Shown here in pieces: positions 50,491 to 61,349 of a DNA stretch of 64,000 bases (its first letter is position 1; every line of letters starts with the position of its first letter). This DNA comes from Adineta vaga. Its lineage: Eukaryota; Animalia; Rotifera. Position numbers and translations under genes: made by a program. The notes below the pieces were generated by a model, which was not told where the DNA came from, ran no database searches, and saw nothing but the letters and a program-made list of their open reading frames with translations. Location: the NCBI GenBank assembly GCA_021613535.1, contig CP075492.1:20026001-20090000 (forward strand), read 5' to 3'.

Positions 50491-51157
50491 CCATTTTAGC
50501 CGTTGGCGGGCCAGCTAGGGAGCGAGAGAGAGGGGGGGGGGGGTAATTGCTCCTCCTGAAAAAAATGGTCCGGCCCGCCAATGATTACAAGTGATGAAAG
50601 AAAATTCTTTGAATTCTTCATCTGAATCTTTAGCAGTTTCCTTGATGAACTTGCGCAATGTATTGGTATTATTATAAATTCCTTGTAATTTTTTCCATTG
50701 ACTTTTTCATGTTGTTTTCGATGAATTTTTGTCATCAAAAAAACAAATATTGTTTGAACTTGATCTAATCGATGAGTACGAGTAAGCATGTCTTCTTCTG
50801 TGGATTCGATATGATTAAATACACATTGAGATTTCGAATCTTTTTCATGAAGTCTATATAATCATTAGCATCATCAAAAACATCAATCTTTTTCAGAATA
50901 GTTTGTAATTATTTCATTAATTCATGACAATTACGATTCTCTTGATCGAAACTTTTATCTAGCTAGACTAAAGCAAAGATTTTTGTTGGTTTGCGATTCA
51001 TTACAGATCTGATTTACTGTCAAGTGTTGCTTGAGATTGGAAAGAAAAGTTAATATTGTCTAGGGAATACAAAAAAGGAACACTATTTGCTTTGGTATAC
51101 TATAACGATGTCATTTAAATATTTGCAAAAGCAGATGGAAAATATAAAAATAATATC

Positions 51158-51419
51158 ATGATTTTTGTCGCATCTTTTACGTTTGAGAAAATAGAGTGGA
51201 AAATTATTTCATACAAATGCGTTACCACGATTTTTTTGTTTCTTTCTGCTCATACGATGTTAAAATACTGGGAAAAAATGAGTATACTCTACGTAGTTGA
51301 TTTAAATAATGTCCTATAACAGAAAGTCGGTGGAAAATCATTTACAAGATTTTAAATTTAATGAATAAAAATTCATCCACGACTATTTTGTCGCATAAAA
51401 GACGCAACGAAAATTGTGG
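51158..51419. mobile_element. MITE-like element
   Basis: Imperfect inverted ends: ATTTTTGTCGCATCTTTTA...AAAATAGAGTGGA and TCCACGACTATTTT...TAAAAGACGCAACGAAAAT. Confidence 0.5.
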
Positions 51420-51734
51420 AACTATTTAACAATTAGATATATTGTGTTCCATAAGTTCTTTTTTTACAAGTCATCTATCAATTACAGCTTTATATTTATA
51501 CTGAAATTTTGTCGAATTCCTGTCATTCGATTTGGTGTGTAAAAGAACGAACGGAAACCTTATTCATTGTTTATTAATCTTTTAAATCGCGATAACTTTT
51601 CATTTTAATCAAGAAAAAATTGAACTTCAAGGTAATTTACGATATTTTTCTTCCATACTATATGTTTTATTTTTCGAAACAAATATTTCTTTGTATAGAA
51701 AAAAACACATTCATTGACATTTTAATTCTTATCA

Positions 51735-52619
51735 TCATTCATTTGTATTTTCAAGTTGATCATTTATAAGTACTGAATTTGAAGGAACTATTTGATTATT
51801 TTTGTATTCACGGATCATTGATATAAATTCGATAACTAAATTGACGGCCATTAGTGAATTGACAGTGATTGAATTAGTAGAGCCCCAGAAACCGATCCCA
51901 TATGAAATGAACGTCGCAACAAAAATTCCTAATATAGTGATAATTATTATACAAGTAAGTATACACCTGCAGTTTGAACACACCGGTTCAGTAACGATCT
52001 GGCCAGTATGAGTACGCTGTACTTTTACAAAGCATTTGCTGCAACAGTAGCCTATCAATAATAATATACCGGAAAAGACCAATTGGCAGAAAAGGATTAT
52101 ATTTAGAGAAGAGTAAGATGCTAACACAAAATTCATTAGAAATGATACGTCTAATTGAATACAATCTTGCTTGTAGTCAATTATTGTGAATGGAAAGTAA
52201 CACGGTGCGTACATTACACGAGATAAATTCATTACTAAACGCTTACAAAAATTAGTTGTTTTACTCCAATTACGACCAACATAGATTGCGATGATATATT
52301 TCACTATAAATAATCCAATAATTATAGCACTTCCTAACAAATATTCTAGAATTGAATATTTTCGTTCATCCATCTGTTTATTATTTTTGCCTGCGTGATT
52401 CAATATTAATTCAGCTTCGTCCTCCGTCAACTTCGTACATAATTTAGTGTTGACGTGCGAATAATCGATATCTTTCTTATATATAGTACCATTTAGAAAT
52501 TCATATTCGACCTTACTATATGGCAAATAACCCATGAAAAGAGTAAATATAATAATGGTTATTGTGATCAACGCTTGAGGGACTTCAAATGTTAAAATAA
52601 AGATCGTCTTCGATTTCAT
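51735..52619 (-). CDS. Multi-pass membrane protein of unknown function
   Basis: 294-aa intact ORF with 5-6 hydrophobic segments and Cys clusters. Confidence 0.7.
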   Translation of the reverse strand: MKSKTIFILTFEVPQALITITIIIFTLFMGYLPYSKVEYEFLNGTIYKKDIDYSHVNTKLCTKLTEDEAELILNHAGKNNKQMDERKYSILEYLLGSAIIIGLFIVKYIIAIYVGRNWSKTTNFCKRLVMNLSRVMYAPCYFPFTIIDYKQDCIQLDVSFLMNFVLASYSSLNIILFCQLVFSGILLLIGYCCSKCFVKVQRTHTGQIVTEPVCSNCRCILTCIIIITILGIFVATFISYGIGFWGSTNSITVNSLMAVNLVIEFISMIREYKNNQIVPSNSVLINDQLENTNE

Positions 52620-53003
52620 TTGTCGTGTGATACAAATATTGTTAAAAAATAAAATCTTACATCACACAAAAAAAAAGACTTCTCTTTTCGTTTTTTTTTC
52701 TATTAGATAAGATATCAAATAGTTTTCATCGAAACGAAAAAGATAAACTTTCAGACTAAAGCATTTTTTTATGTTTTCTTATCATCGATGATTAACCAAT
52801 GCATTTCAATAAATGTTTGTAATCGCCTTGAAATATATTTAGTATAATTTAAGGCCCCTCTCTCTAAAAATGTTTTTTCCCCAGAACGCTCAATCTTATT
52901 AAAATTTTTATTGAATACGTATCTGATCATTGATAGTTCTCAGTAAAAATTTGAGCTCATAATATTGAGTTTTTCGCAAGTTATTGTAACATGAAGGTTC
53001 AAA

Positions 53004-53070
53004 AGGGTGGGAGGGTAGATGTGAGCAATATACATCTTTCTATCACCCACATCCACACCCACACCCTCAA
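53004..53070. repeat. Inverted telomere-like palindrome
   Basis: AGGGTGGGAGGGTAGATGTGAG...CACCCACATCCACACCCACACCCTCAA. Confidence 0.85.
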
Positions 53071-53341
53071 TAGTCCATTAAAAATCCATAAACTATTCGA
53101 AGCAAGTATACACAGAACGATGGAAGGCTAATTTCGTGCGATCTGCTAGTCTTTAGGCAAAAGATCTTCGGACGAAAATTCTCGAGGAAATGTCAATGTA
53201 CTAAAATCCCATGACCTCATTAACTTATAAAGTATACCATATGCCTTACATTCCCTGCAATATCTCTCTTTGTTAATAAATCTCATTTTCAATTAGCTTT
53301 ATTTTAAAATCATGAATTATAAACCATTCGAAAAGAAAATT

Positions 53342-54464
53342 CTAAACATTTTCTGAATTTTCATTTAATATTTTCAGTCTATTTTCATACCAATTTGCTT
53401 CTTCTTCAAATCCAATCTTTTTCGATAATTCGAATAAATTTTTATACATCTGTATAACATTGAAATCATTTTTTTGAAATATACTATACATTTTTCTCAA
53501 ACATATTGGACAAAGATATATCAATTGTCTATCCATTTCTTCTTCACAATTAGTTCCATTCATTAAACAAAGATAATAAATACAATGTTCGAATCCAAAT
53601 AGATGCATAACTTCATGTACATAAGTACTAACAGCTCGTTTCAGAATCAATATTTGTTCTTCACCCGTACATGGTTTTAATGATGAATTAGGAAATAATG
53701 GATCGAAACGAGCAAATGAGTAAACAGCGAGTCCTTCATCAACTGAAGCTTCACCATAAACAAAATTCCAATCTGAATCTGGATAAATATCAACCATAGT
53801 TACACCAATAGAAAATAATTCATGACGATTATGTCGTTTTTGTTGCATCTTTTCCAAATGATTAATAAAATTCGACACTAAATATTGTGGTTGTTTAGTT
53901 TGTCGATTAATACGTTTTTTCATTTTATCATTCAAACTAATCGATGGTAATATTTCCGTTTGACATCCAGGAAAAAATATATGAGAAAATTCACAAATGA
54001 TATTCAAATTAGGCGATCTAAATAAACTTTCGAATAAGATTATCATCTATCGAAGTTGATCGTTTACCTTGGTCCATTAAAATCTCCAAATGGTTGAATG
54101 TAAAGAATGCTACATCTATTTCAAAATGAAATCATTTGTTTATTTCGAAAGAAAAATGAATATTTACTAACGTGGAACATGCTTGAGGCTTTTTCAATCT
54201 TTCAAACTGATTCACTGTTTGTCCTGGTTCGTAATGTGAAGTTAACCAATCATTTTCAGTTGGTATTGGCATTGGTAGAAAACTTTCATCGATAGCGATC
54301 GTTAGAGCACGTTGAATGTCTTCATCTAACTGCATAAAAAAATGAACATATTTTTCATACTTATAATTGAATCATATACTAACTTCATCGGTTTTACCAA
54401 GAGCTTGAATTCTTTGTTCTTTGGTTGGTGGTACAAATCTCTTCGATTGACGACTCATTGCCAT
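53342..54464 (-). CDS. Archaemetzincin (peptidase M54, AMZ2-like), 4 exons
   Basis: HEVMHLFGFEHC..YLCLMNG...LCPICLRK, DIYP..WNFVYGEA and DWL..H.EPGQT motifs. ATG at 54464 and three short GT-AG introns. Confidence 0.9.
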
Positions 54465-55400
54465 ATCTATCAAATTTAAGTCGCGAAAATGTAATATATT
54501 GTAACGATTGCATTCTGTATTTAACCTATATGATAATGTTATTGCAAAACATTTTTTTTCTTTTTATGAATGAAAGATTATCGAAATAAAAAGTGACGCA
54601 TAAAATCGTCATTGCGAAATAAAAGGTGGAAAATTCATTGTAAATTCAAGATTACATAGGGGGTATCCAAAAGTAGTGGGAACGACATTTTATTACTACA
54701 TGAGATGATAGAGCGAAAAAATCTCTTTCTTTTTATGCTATTTGATCATACTTCAGCTGACATAATAATAATAAAATCCAAATAAGACTAGTTTACCTAG
54801 CATGTGTCACGGTTACAGACGTTCATATTGTCTTCGATAGGCATTCTTTTCTTCACTCTCTCCTCTCACCTCTTTCGAAACTTAAACGTGTGTTATGATT
54901 AGTATATCCCAAAATTGAAAATATATAAACTAGTACAAGAGGTTTTTATTTCATTAAATGTTCAAAGTAGTGACCTTGATTATCTACACACAATTCCATT
55001 CTTCGAATCCATTTATCGAAGGTTTTTCTGTACTCTTCTCTATCCAAAGAATACATGGACTTCGTTATAGCGTTGTGTAACGATTCGGAATCAGTTTGAT
55101 CAGTTAGATTTCGTTTAATCAAGTCGAATTGGGTGAGTGTAATACAATGGCGATTTCTTCTGAACGAAGATAATCGAGTACGTCTTTGTGAACATGAGGT
55201 CCTCCGTTATCGCGATGAAGTTTGATGGCATGAGTACCTGTGCGAGGCCTTTGTTTCTTGATTTCTTTGATAACAGGTTGCAAACAATTTTCGATGTATT
55301 ATTGGTGATTGATAGTTTGTCCTTGTTCGACACGATGAGTTGTAGAAGAGGACTAATTGATTTAAAGAGAATGTAGAATAGTGTTTTCGGAGCAAACTTA

Positions 55401-55451
55401 AGAGTAAGGGTGCGTGTGATAGAAGAGAGGACACCCTCACCCACTCACACC
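55401..55451. repeat. Inverted telomere-like palindrome
   Basis: AGAGTAAGGGTGCGTGTG...ACACCCTCACCCACTCACACC. Confidence 0.75.
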
Positions 55452-56153
55452 GTTTCTCTGATTCACAAGACTTCCAAAGAATGTATCAACGTTACGATGA
55501 AACACATAAAAAATAACTCAAAAAAAACTTCATTTCTAATCATTCAGACTTCTTCCTTATGTTTCTCTCATCTTATCATTACTTATTTATTCCAGAAAAA
55601 CATTAATCTTTTCTTTTTTTCTTCCAAACTAACTCTTTCGATTAGGTCACATAATTGATTTCTTCATTTTTAGATATAAATACTCACAATGCATAACAAA
55701 ACTCAACTGATAAGTCCCTTGAGAAAGGACGAAACTATAGTTGTAGGATTTCTCTTATATATAATACACACCCACACCCACCATAATCCACTGCTTCGAT
55801 CAATATATGACATTCTGCTTATACTACAAAAACCGTAATTCAAACTGAAAAAGGAAGTACTACATTTTGAAACTAACTGCCACCTCATATAACAGAACTT
55901 AACACATTACTTTAATTCGGAAAACACTTGAACGCACAAACTCTTATTTGTCGGAGCATTTATGAATCCACTCAAGTCGATCGAATGAATGCAAGACAAT
56001 CATGCAAAACTCGATCAAGATCGATACAATATCTTACTACAGAACTTCCTCCACAAAATCTATATTACCACCCTAATAACTCTAACCTCACTAATAACTC
56101 TAACCACCCGACTAACTCCCTACCAACAAAATCACAGAATAATATATAATTAT

Positions 56154-56191
56154 TCTTGTGGTAACTCTTCTCACACCCACACCCTCAAGAT
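56154..56191. repeat. Telomere-like palindrome with a shortened G arm
   Basis: TCTTGTGG...CACACCCACACCCTCAAGAT. Confidence 0.75.
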
Positions 56192-57375
56192 CAATATTTT
56201 TCTTCTTCTCTTAAATGAGATACTCATCATTTGGTATTTTCATTGTGAATATTATTTTCTGCGACTAAACGCACATGTTACAGATGCAGCACACAAACAA
56301 GATAAACTTTGTTCCCAAAAGAGGAAGAACAGAACAGAAAAGGTAAAGCAATTTTTTTGTCGTTAATTGACAATTACCAACGAAACATGTGACAAAACAA
56401 GTCAGTTCCCAACATAGCATACGTCATAGAAACGTCTTTTCATTGGTTCGTCTTTGATCGTAGGATCGGAAAAAAAAGATAAAACTATAGTGTAGGATGA
56501 TGAAAAAATAACATGTGCAAAAGTTATCCACTAACGTCTATTCATCATGATGTATATGGAATAATACTCTTTAGTGATTCACACACATCAACATTATTTG
56601 AAAAAACCAGTGACGTTATTGATTATTTATACAAAAATTAAGTTTTTTCCCGCAGTCATTCTCGCCCTTTCCACACATCCTCATGTTATGTTTTGTCATA
56701 TGTTAAATACAGTTAGCTATCTGTATATTGATTTCTTTATGTGAAGTGGTATTTAGCAGGTAAGAGTTTACTTTGGACAAAACTCGAAATAAACGTTCAT
56801 GATACGTTGCAGAGTAAACACGAGGGTGTAAGCAAATGTATTTTATTGTTCGACAAATCGATTCTATACGCCAATAGAATGTAAATGCTAAGAGATACTT
56901 CTAGTTTTCTTCCTTGCGACATATTTTATCTTGTAATTAAAACTATTCATGTGTTATAATATAAAGTTCTATTTTTTGCTATTAAATGTTGTTTTAATTG
57001 TCTTATAGAATATTTCTGTGGGTGACAGAGAAAATCTTTTCCTTTTGTTTACGTGAAATTCTTCTCAAAATATTATTTAGTCAACATCGTCGTAATAGCG
57101 TTAGGAAAGCCATGTATAAAATATCTGTAAAAACTAATATGTAGTAATTCAAATAAGATACTTTTTTCTTAAAAATATTGCAAGTTGAGCAGATAATTAG
57201 AGGTACGTAACTACTATGTTGCTGGTGGAAAAACGAGACGGCGTTTAGACTCGGAAATGTATTGAAAGCACTATGTTTTAGTTCAGAGTCAAGATCGAAA
57301 TTTAGGAAAAACATCTACCGATTTAAAAGGAATGTTTTCCCTGGCATACAATGATAGATATTCCTTCTTAAGATG

Positions 57376-57731
57376 AGCTGCCTAATTCGAGTTATAATAT
57401 AAATGAAGATTCAGCTTGTTGGAACTTCGAAAATAAATGAACAGAACGAAAACTAAAACTTTTGTTTATAGTAGAACTAGTTATAATTTTGATTTGCTAG
57501 ATTTTTAGTTCATTTATACGGATTTACTGTAGAGATAGGAATTGTTAGGAATAGACAGGAATAGATTTGTTTTAGTCTTACTTAATTATAACTCACATAT
57601 ACATGTGCATCTATGTTTAAATATGAAGTGTAAGTACGAATAAGTAAAACTATGACTTCCTCCAGCGCCAGTTTTATGCTCAGATATACTTTTGAAATCT
57701 CCATTTATATTCGAACACGAATTAGGCAGCT
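57376..57731. mobile_element. MITE-like element
   Basis: About 35-bp inverted ends: AGCTGCCTAATTCGAGTTATAATATAAATG and CATTTATATTCGAACACGAATTAGGCAGCT. Confidence 0.65.
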
Positions 57732-57915
57732 ACTCGCAATTTTTGTCTCTATTCTTCAGTACGGTCCGTATTGATGAACCATTCACCGCATTTGCAACAT
57801 AACACGAATGAATGAATATTACAAGGTTATTCCTTCAGCCGTTTAGAACACAGTCACGCGTGAACTTTCAGTTTAAACAACTTTTCTTTTTCAGATAAAA
57901 GTCGAAATAATTTTA

Positions 57916-59737
57916 ATGGCAAACAGCTCCGGATTTGAATATTTTGATAGACAATTAATAAATTCTCATTTGCAGTGTTCAATTTGCGGGGAACCTTTCA
58001 CGAAACCTTTAATCACTGAACTGAAAAAGAAACTAAATCAACAACAAACTCAAATCGAAAGTCTACAACACGATCAACAACAACTGAAAGAGCAAGTGGA
58101 TCAACAGCAACATAAAATGAGAGATCTACAAAACGATAAGGAACACCTGAACAAGAATGCAAATGACCAACAAATTCAAATTAATCAACTTCAGAAGAAG
58201 AATCAACAGCTGACAAATCAAATGGACCTAAGAGGTAGGCATATATATCCAAATTTTAATTGAAAACCGCCCGAGTTCACTGTTATTTACGTCATTTTGT
58301 GAAATACGACCTAAAAGAAATGTTGAAGGATAAGGGCAGAAAATTTTCAGCTAATACTTGTAAACCGAGTTTTAGCAGCGTAAAAAATGCAGACACAGGT
58401 GTAAAGCTGATGCGTTTCGAGTTCCGTATATAATGAAATTACTTAGTTTTCGAACTTTTAATAAAGTGACATGTAAAGTGTATACTAATCGCTAAGTGTT
58501 TGCAGTATCAGCATAGCAGGGTCTATCGTGCTTCAAATTTTTTATTCTAAAGGGATTGCGCTAACAGCTGTTTTGATAAAGCGTTGAATCATACCAACGA
58601 AATATGGCAAGACTATATGTTTGTTATAATTATAATTCTTCATAGTGTTTCATTAAGTTTTTTCTGATAAAAAATAACACTCATCATGAAAAAAATCAAA
58701 TATTATTGATAGTTTTTGTTCAGCATTTGAAAGTGACACGGACAATTTTACCACGGTTAAGTAAAAAATCAATCAAAATAGTTTCTTTTACATCAGATCC
58801 TATTGATTACAGTTTTGCAAAGTAAAGACGATAATATGTGCAGTAGAGGCGCAAACGTGATTATCGTTCGATTTCTCAAAGCTGTTCTCCCTGGGTGTTT
58901 ATACGAGACAACAATCTAGCTTCTCTGAAACCAATTGAATACCTCATAGGTTATTCATGATTTCTACTCCAGTATGCGAGTTCTTTGAAACACCGTTGCA
59001 ATAGTCATTAATTAAATAATTTAAGATGATCATAAAACATAATAAGCACCTAAAAACCTTCAAATTTCACTAAAAAAAGGAACAAATTCCAGTCTGCGTG
59101 ACAATTATGCTGAAAACTGATAAGGACAACGTATCTGAGAGTTTTTCTATTCGTGCGAATGAGAAAAATTAGTATGTTTGTTTGTATTCAGCACCAATCG
59201 AATTATTCTTTTCCCAAATTATTTTTAACGAATGTATTTCTTTTCATTTAGATCTTCTGCAAACTCTCGGATCCATTCGCAAAAAAACCACTTGAATCTG
59301 AAGGTGATGCTTGTGTTAAACGCCGGAAATGCAGCAATGGGTACGATACTGAGAAAGAAGACAAGCGTGGTGATATTGACGCATGCAAATCTTCTGTATA
59401 TACAGTTTCTTCACCTCTTTATCAAGCCTTTTCACCTCTTTATCAAGCCTTTTCACCTCCTTATGAACCTTCTTCACCTCTTTATCAAGCCTTTTCACCT
59501 CCTTATGAACCTTCTTCACCTATTTATCAACCTTCTTCACCTCCTTATGAACCTTCTTCACCTCCTTATGAACCTTCTTCACCTCCTTATGAATCTTCTT
59601 CACCTCCTTATCAAGCCTTTTCACCTCCTTATGAACCTTCTTCACCTCTTTATCAAGCCTTTTCACCTCCTTATGAACCTTCTTCACCTCTTTATCAACC
59701 TTCTTCACCTCCTTATGAACCTTCTTCACCTCCTTAA
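57916..59737 (+). CDS. Putative spliced gene: half-RING, coiled coil, NLS and CTD-like heptad tail (join uncertain)
   Basis: Exon 57916-58234 (LQCSICGEPF then a Gln-rich coil; donor GTAGG) and exon 59252-59737 (acceptor TTTAG). Direct joining needs a 1-nt correction in the A7 run at 59281. Confidence 0.5.
59399..59734 (+). repeat. 16 x 21-bp tandem repeat encoding Y-x-x-x-S-P-x heptads
   Basis: Units TATGAACCTTCTTCACCTCCT and TATCAAGCCTTTTCACCTCCT, followed in register by TAA at 59735. Confidence 0.95.
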
Positions 59738-60083
59738 AATCCTCATTCCTTGTTTACTAGCTCTGATTATTTGGATAAAGAGTGATTTTTTGAATTATAT
59801 ATGAGGTGTAAACTATTTAATTCCGAATGATGAGAAGCATGAAAATGTTATTGTTGTACTTTTTTATATTTAATTAATCCAGATGATCACATCTCAAATA
59901 AATTCATGAATCCGCTATAAAGCATCGCATTGATCTCATGCTGTACGAGTTTTAAATGCCCTACGAAAATACTAAGTCACTGTGATTTTCGAATGAAATT
60001 TCGTCTAGTCCAAAATTTGTGACTTCACATGCTGCCGCTACTTGACGAAGCATACATTCATCATCATTGATTTGTAGCAGTTG

Positions 60084-60138
60084 TGAGGGTGGGTGTGGGT
60101 GTGCATCGAGAGGAAAGATACCCACACCCACACTCTCA
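60084..60138. repeat. Inverted telomere-like palindrome
   Basis: TGAGGGTGGGTGTGGGTGTG...ACCCACACCCACACTCTCA. Confidence 0.9.
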
Positions 60139-60175
60139 GAGTTTTGATATGTTGCTATTAACTAACAGAAGAGAA

Positions 60176-60247
60176 CATCAGATAGTTTAATTGGTAGAAT
60201 AGCCGACCAGTTATCCGAAGATGTAGGTTCGAGTCCTGCTCTGATTT
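60176..60247 (+). tRNA. tRNA-like sequence, probably a pseudogene or SINE head (possible AGT anticodon)
   Basis: Acceptor ATCAGA/TCTGAT, A-box TAGTTTAATTGG, B-box GGTTCGAGTCC; the anticodon stem pairs poorly. Confidence 0.6.
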
Positions 60248-61349
60248 AATGATCTTTTCGAATAAGTTTCTCGTACTTATTCTAGCATATCTATGTGGAT
60301 ACTTTGAATAAATTGAATCTTCTCGTGGACAAAATGAAAAGATTTTCTAATATTTGATTGTTTTTATATCTATTATCAAACACATCCACACCCTACAATA
60401 AATGTAATGGATATTTTAACAAATCGAATAACATTTTCTACAACAATTAAAACTATTACTTTACAATCATCGACAATCACTTATATAATCATAGATATAC
60501 AACAGGTTTGTTATTTAATATTTGAAATTTTTATAGAGAATAAAAATATGATTTTCATAATTCGTTTGAGATATTTGAAATCAAATTTTATAATTAATAT
60601 TTTTATAAAATTATTATTTTTAATAGAGTTTTCTTTTCTTTCATTAGTTACTTCTTTAATAGAGTTTTTTTCAAGCTTTTAAAATAACTGTATCAGTATA
60701 ACAGAGAATTATACCATAAAATCTGATAATATTTTAGATACATATGGTTATTTATATAATAATGATTATGATACTGTTTATATAAGCAGAAATTTACTCG
60801 TATTAAATGATAATAATGGTGAAAATTATCAGTTCTTAATCTCATATATTCATTTATATCGACACAGCCTTTCAGTTTTGAGTAATTTTAGACTGAAGAA
60901 AGTATTGACTACTTATATAAATATAGTAGATGGAATCGGTAGAGTTATCATAAAGTTCTATTTGGAATCAGCATAATTAAAGTTAGAACACACGTTTAGA
61001 TGAATCTGTTCTGGAAAAAGTTGAATATTAATCGAAGTCATCCAATGATATTGGATTGATTACTTGAAACAGTTAATTTGTAATTGGTTTCGACTGACTG
61101 TATCTGCGTTGATTTTTCTGTTGAAAATATCTTTGTCATGCATACTCTTTACACTCATATCAATGTCAATAGCTACTTTTGCAGTAAAAATGAATTTCTT
61201 CCTGAAGATATTTCAATAGAATGAAATTAATACCATGTTTTAGATATTCAAAATATTAGAATTATGGGTAAGGTGTAAATGAGTATATTTTATTTGGATT
61301 AAAGCGCAAAAACGATTAAGTGTTCTGTCTGATAAGAATATGTTTAAAT

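Noticed and set aside
59232-59804. Track ORFs reading LLHLLMN (+) and KKVHKEV (-)
   Set aside because: They look like shadow frames of the 21-bp repeat. The minus frame is broken by a stop, while the YEPSSPP frame has a splice acceptor, an NLS and an in-register stop.
705-60138. Palindromes with variable spacers as a CRISPR-like array
   Set aside because: They are dispersed kilobases apart and inverted rather than direct, there are no cas genes, and the context is eukaryotic.
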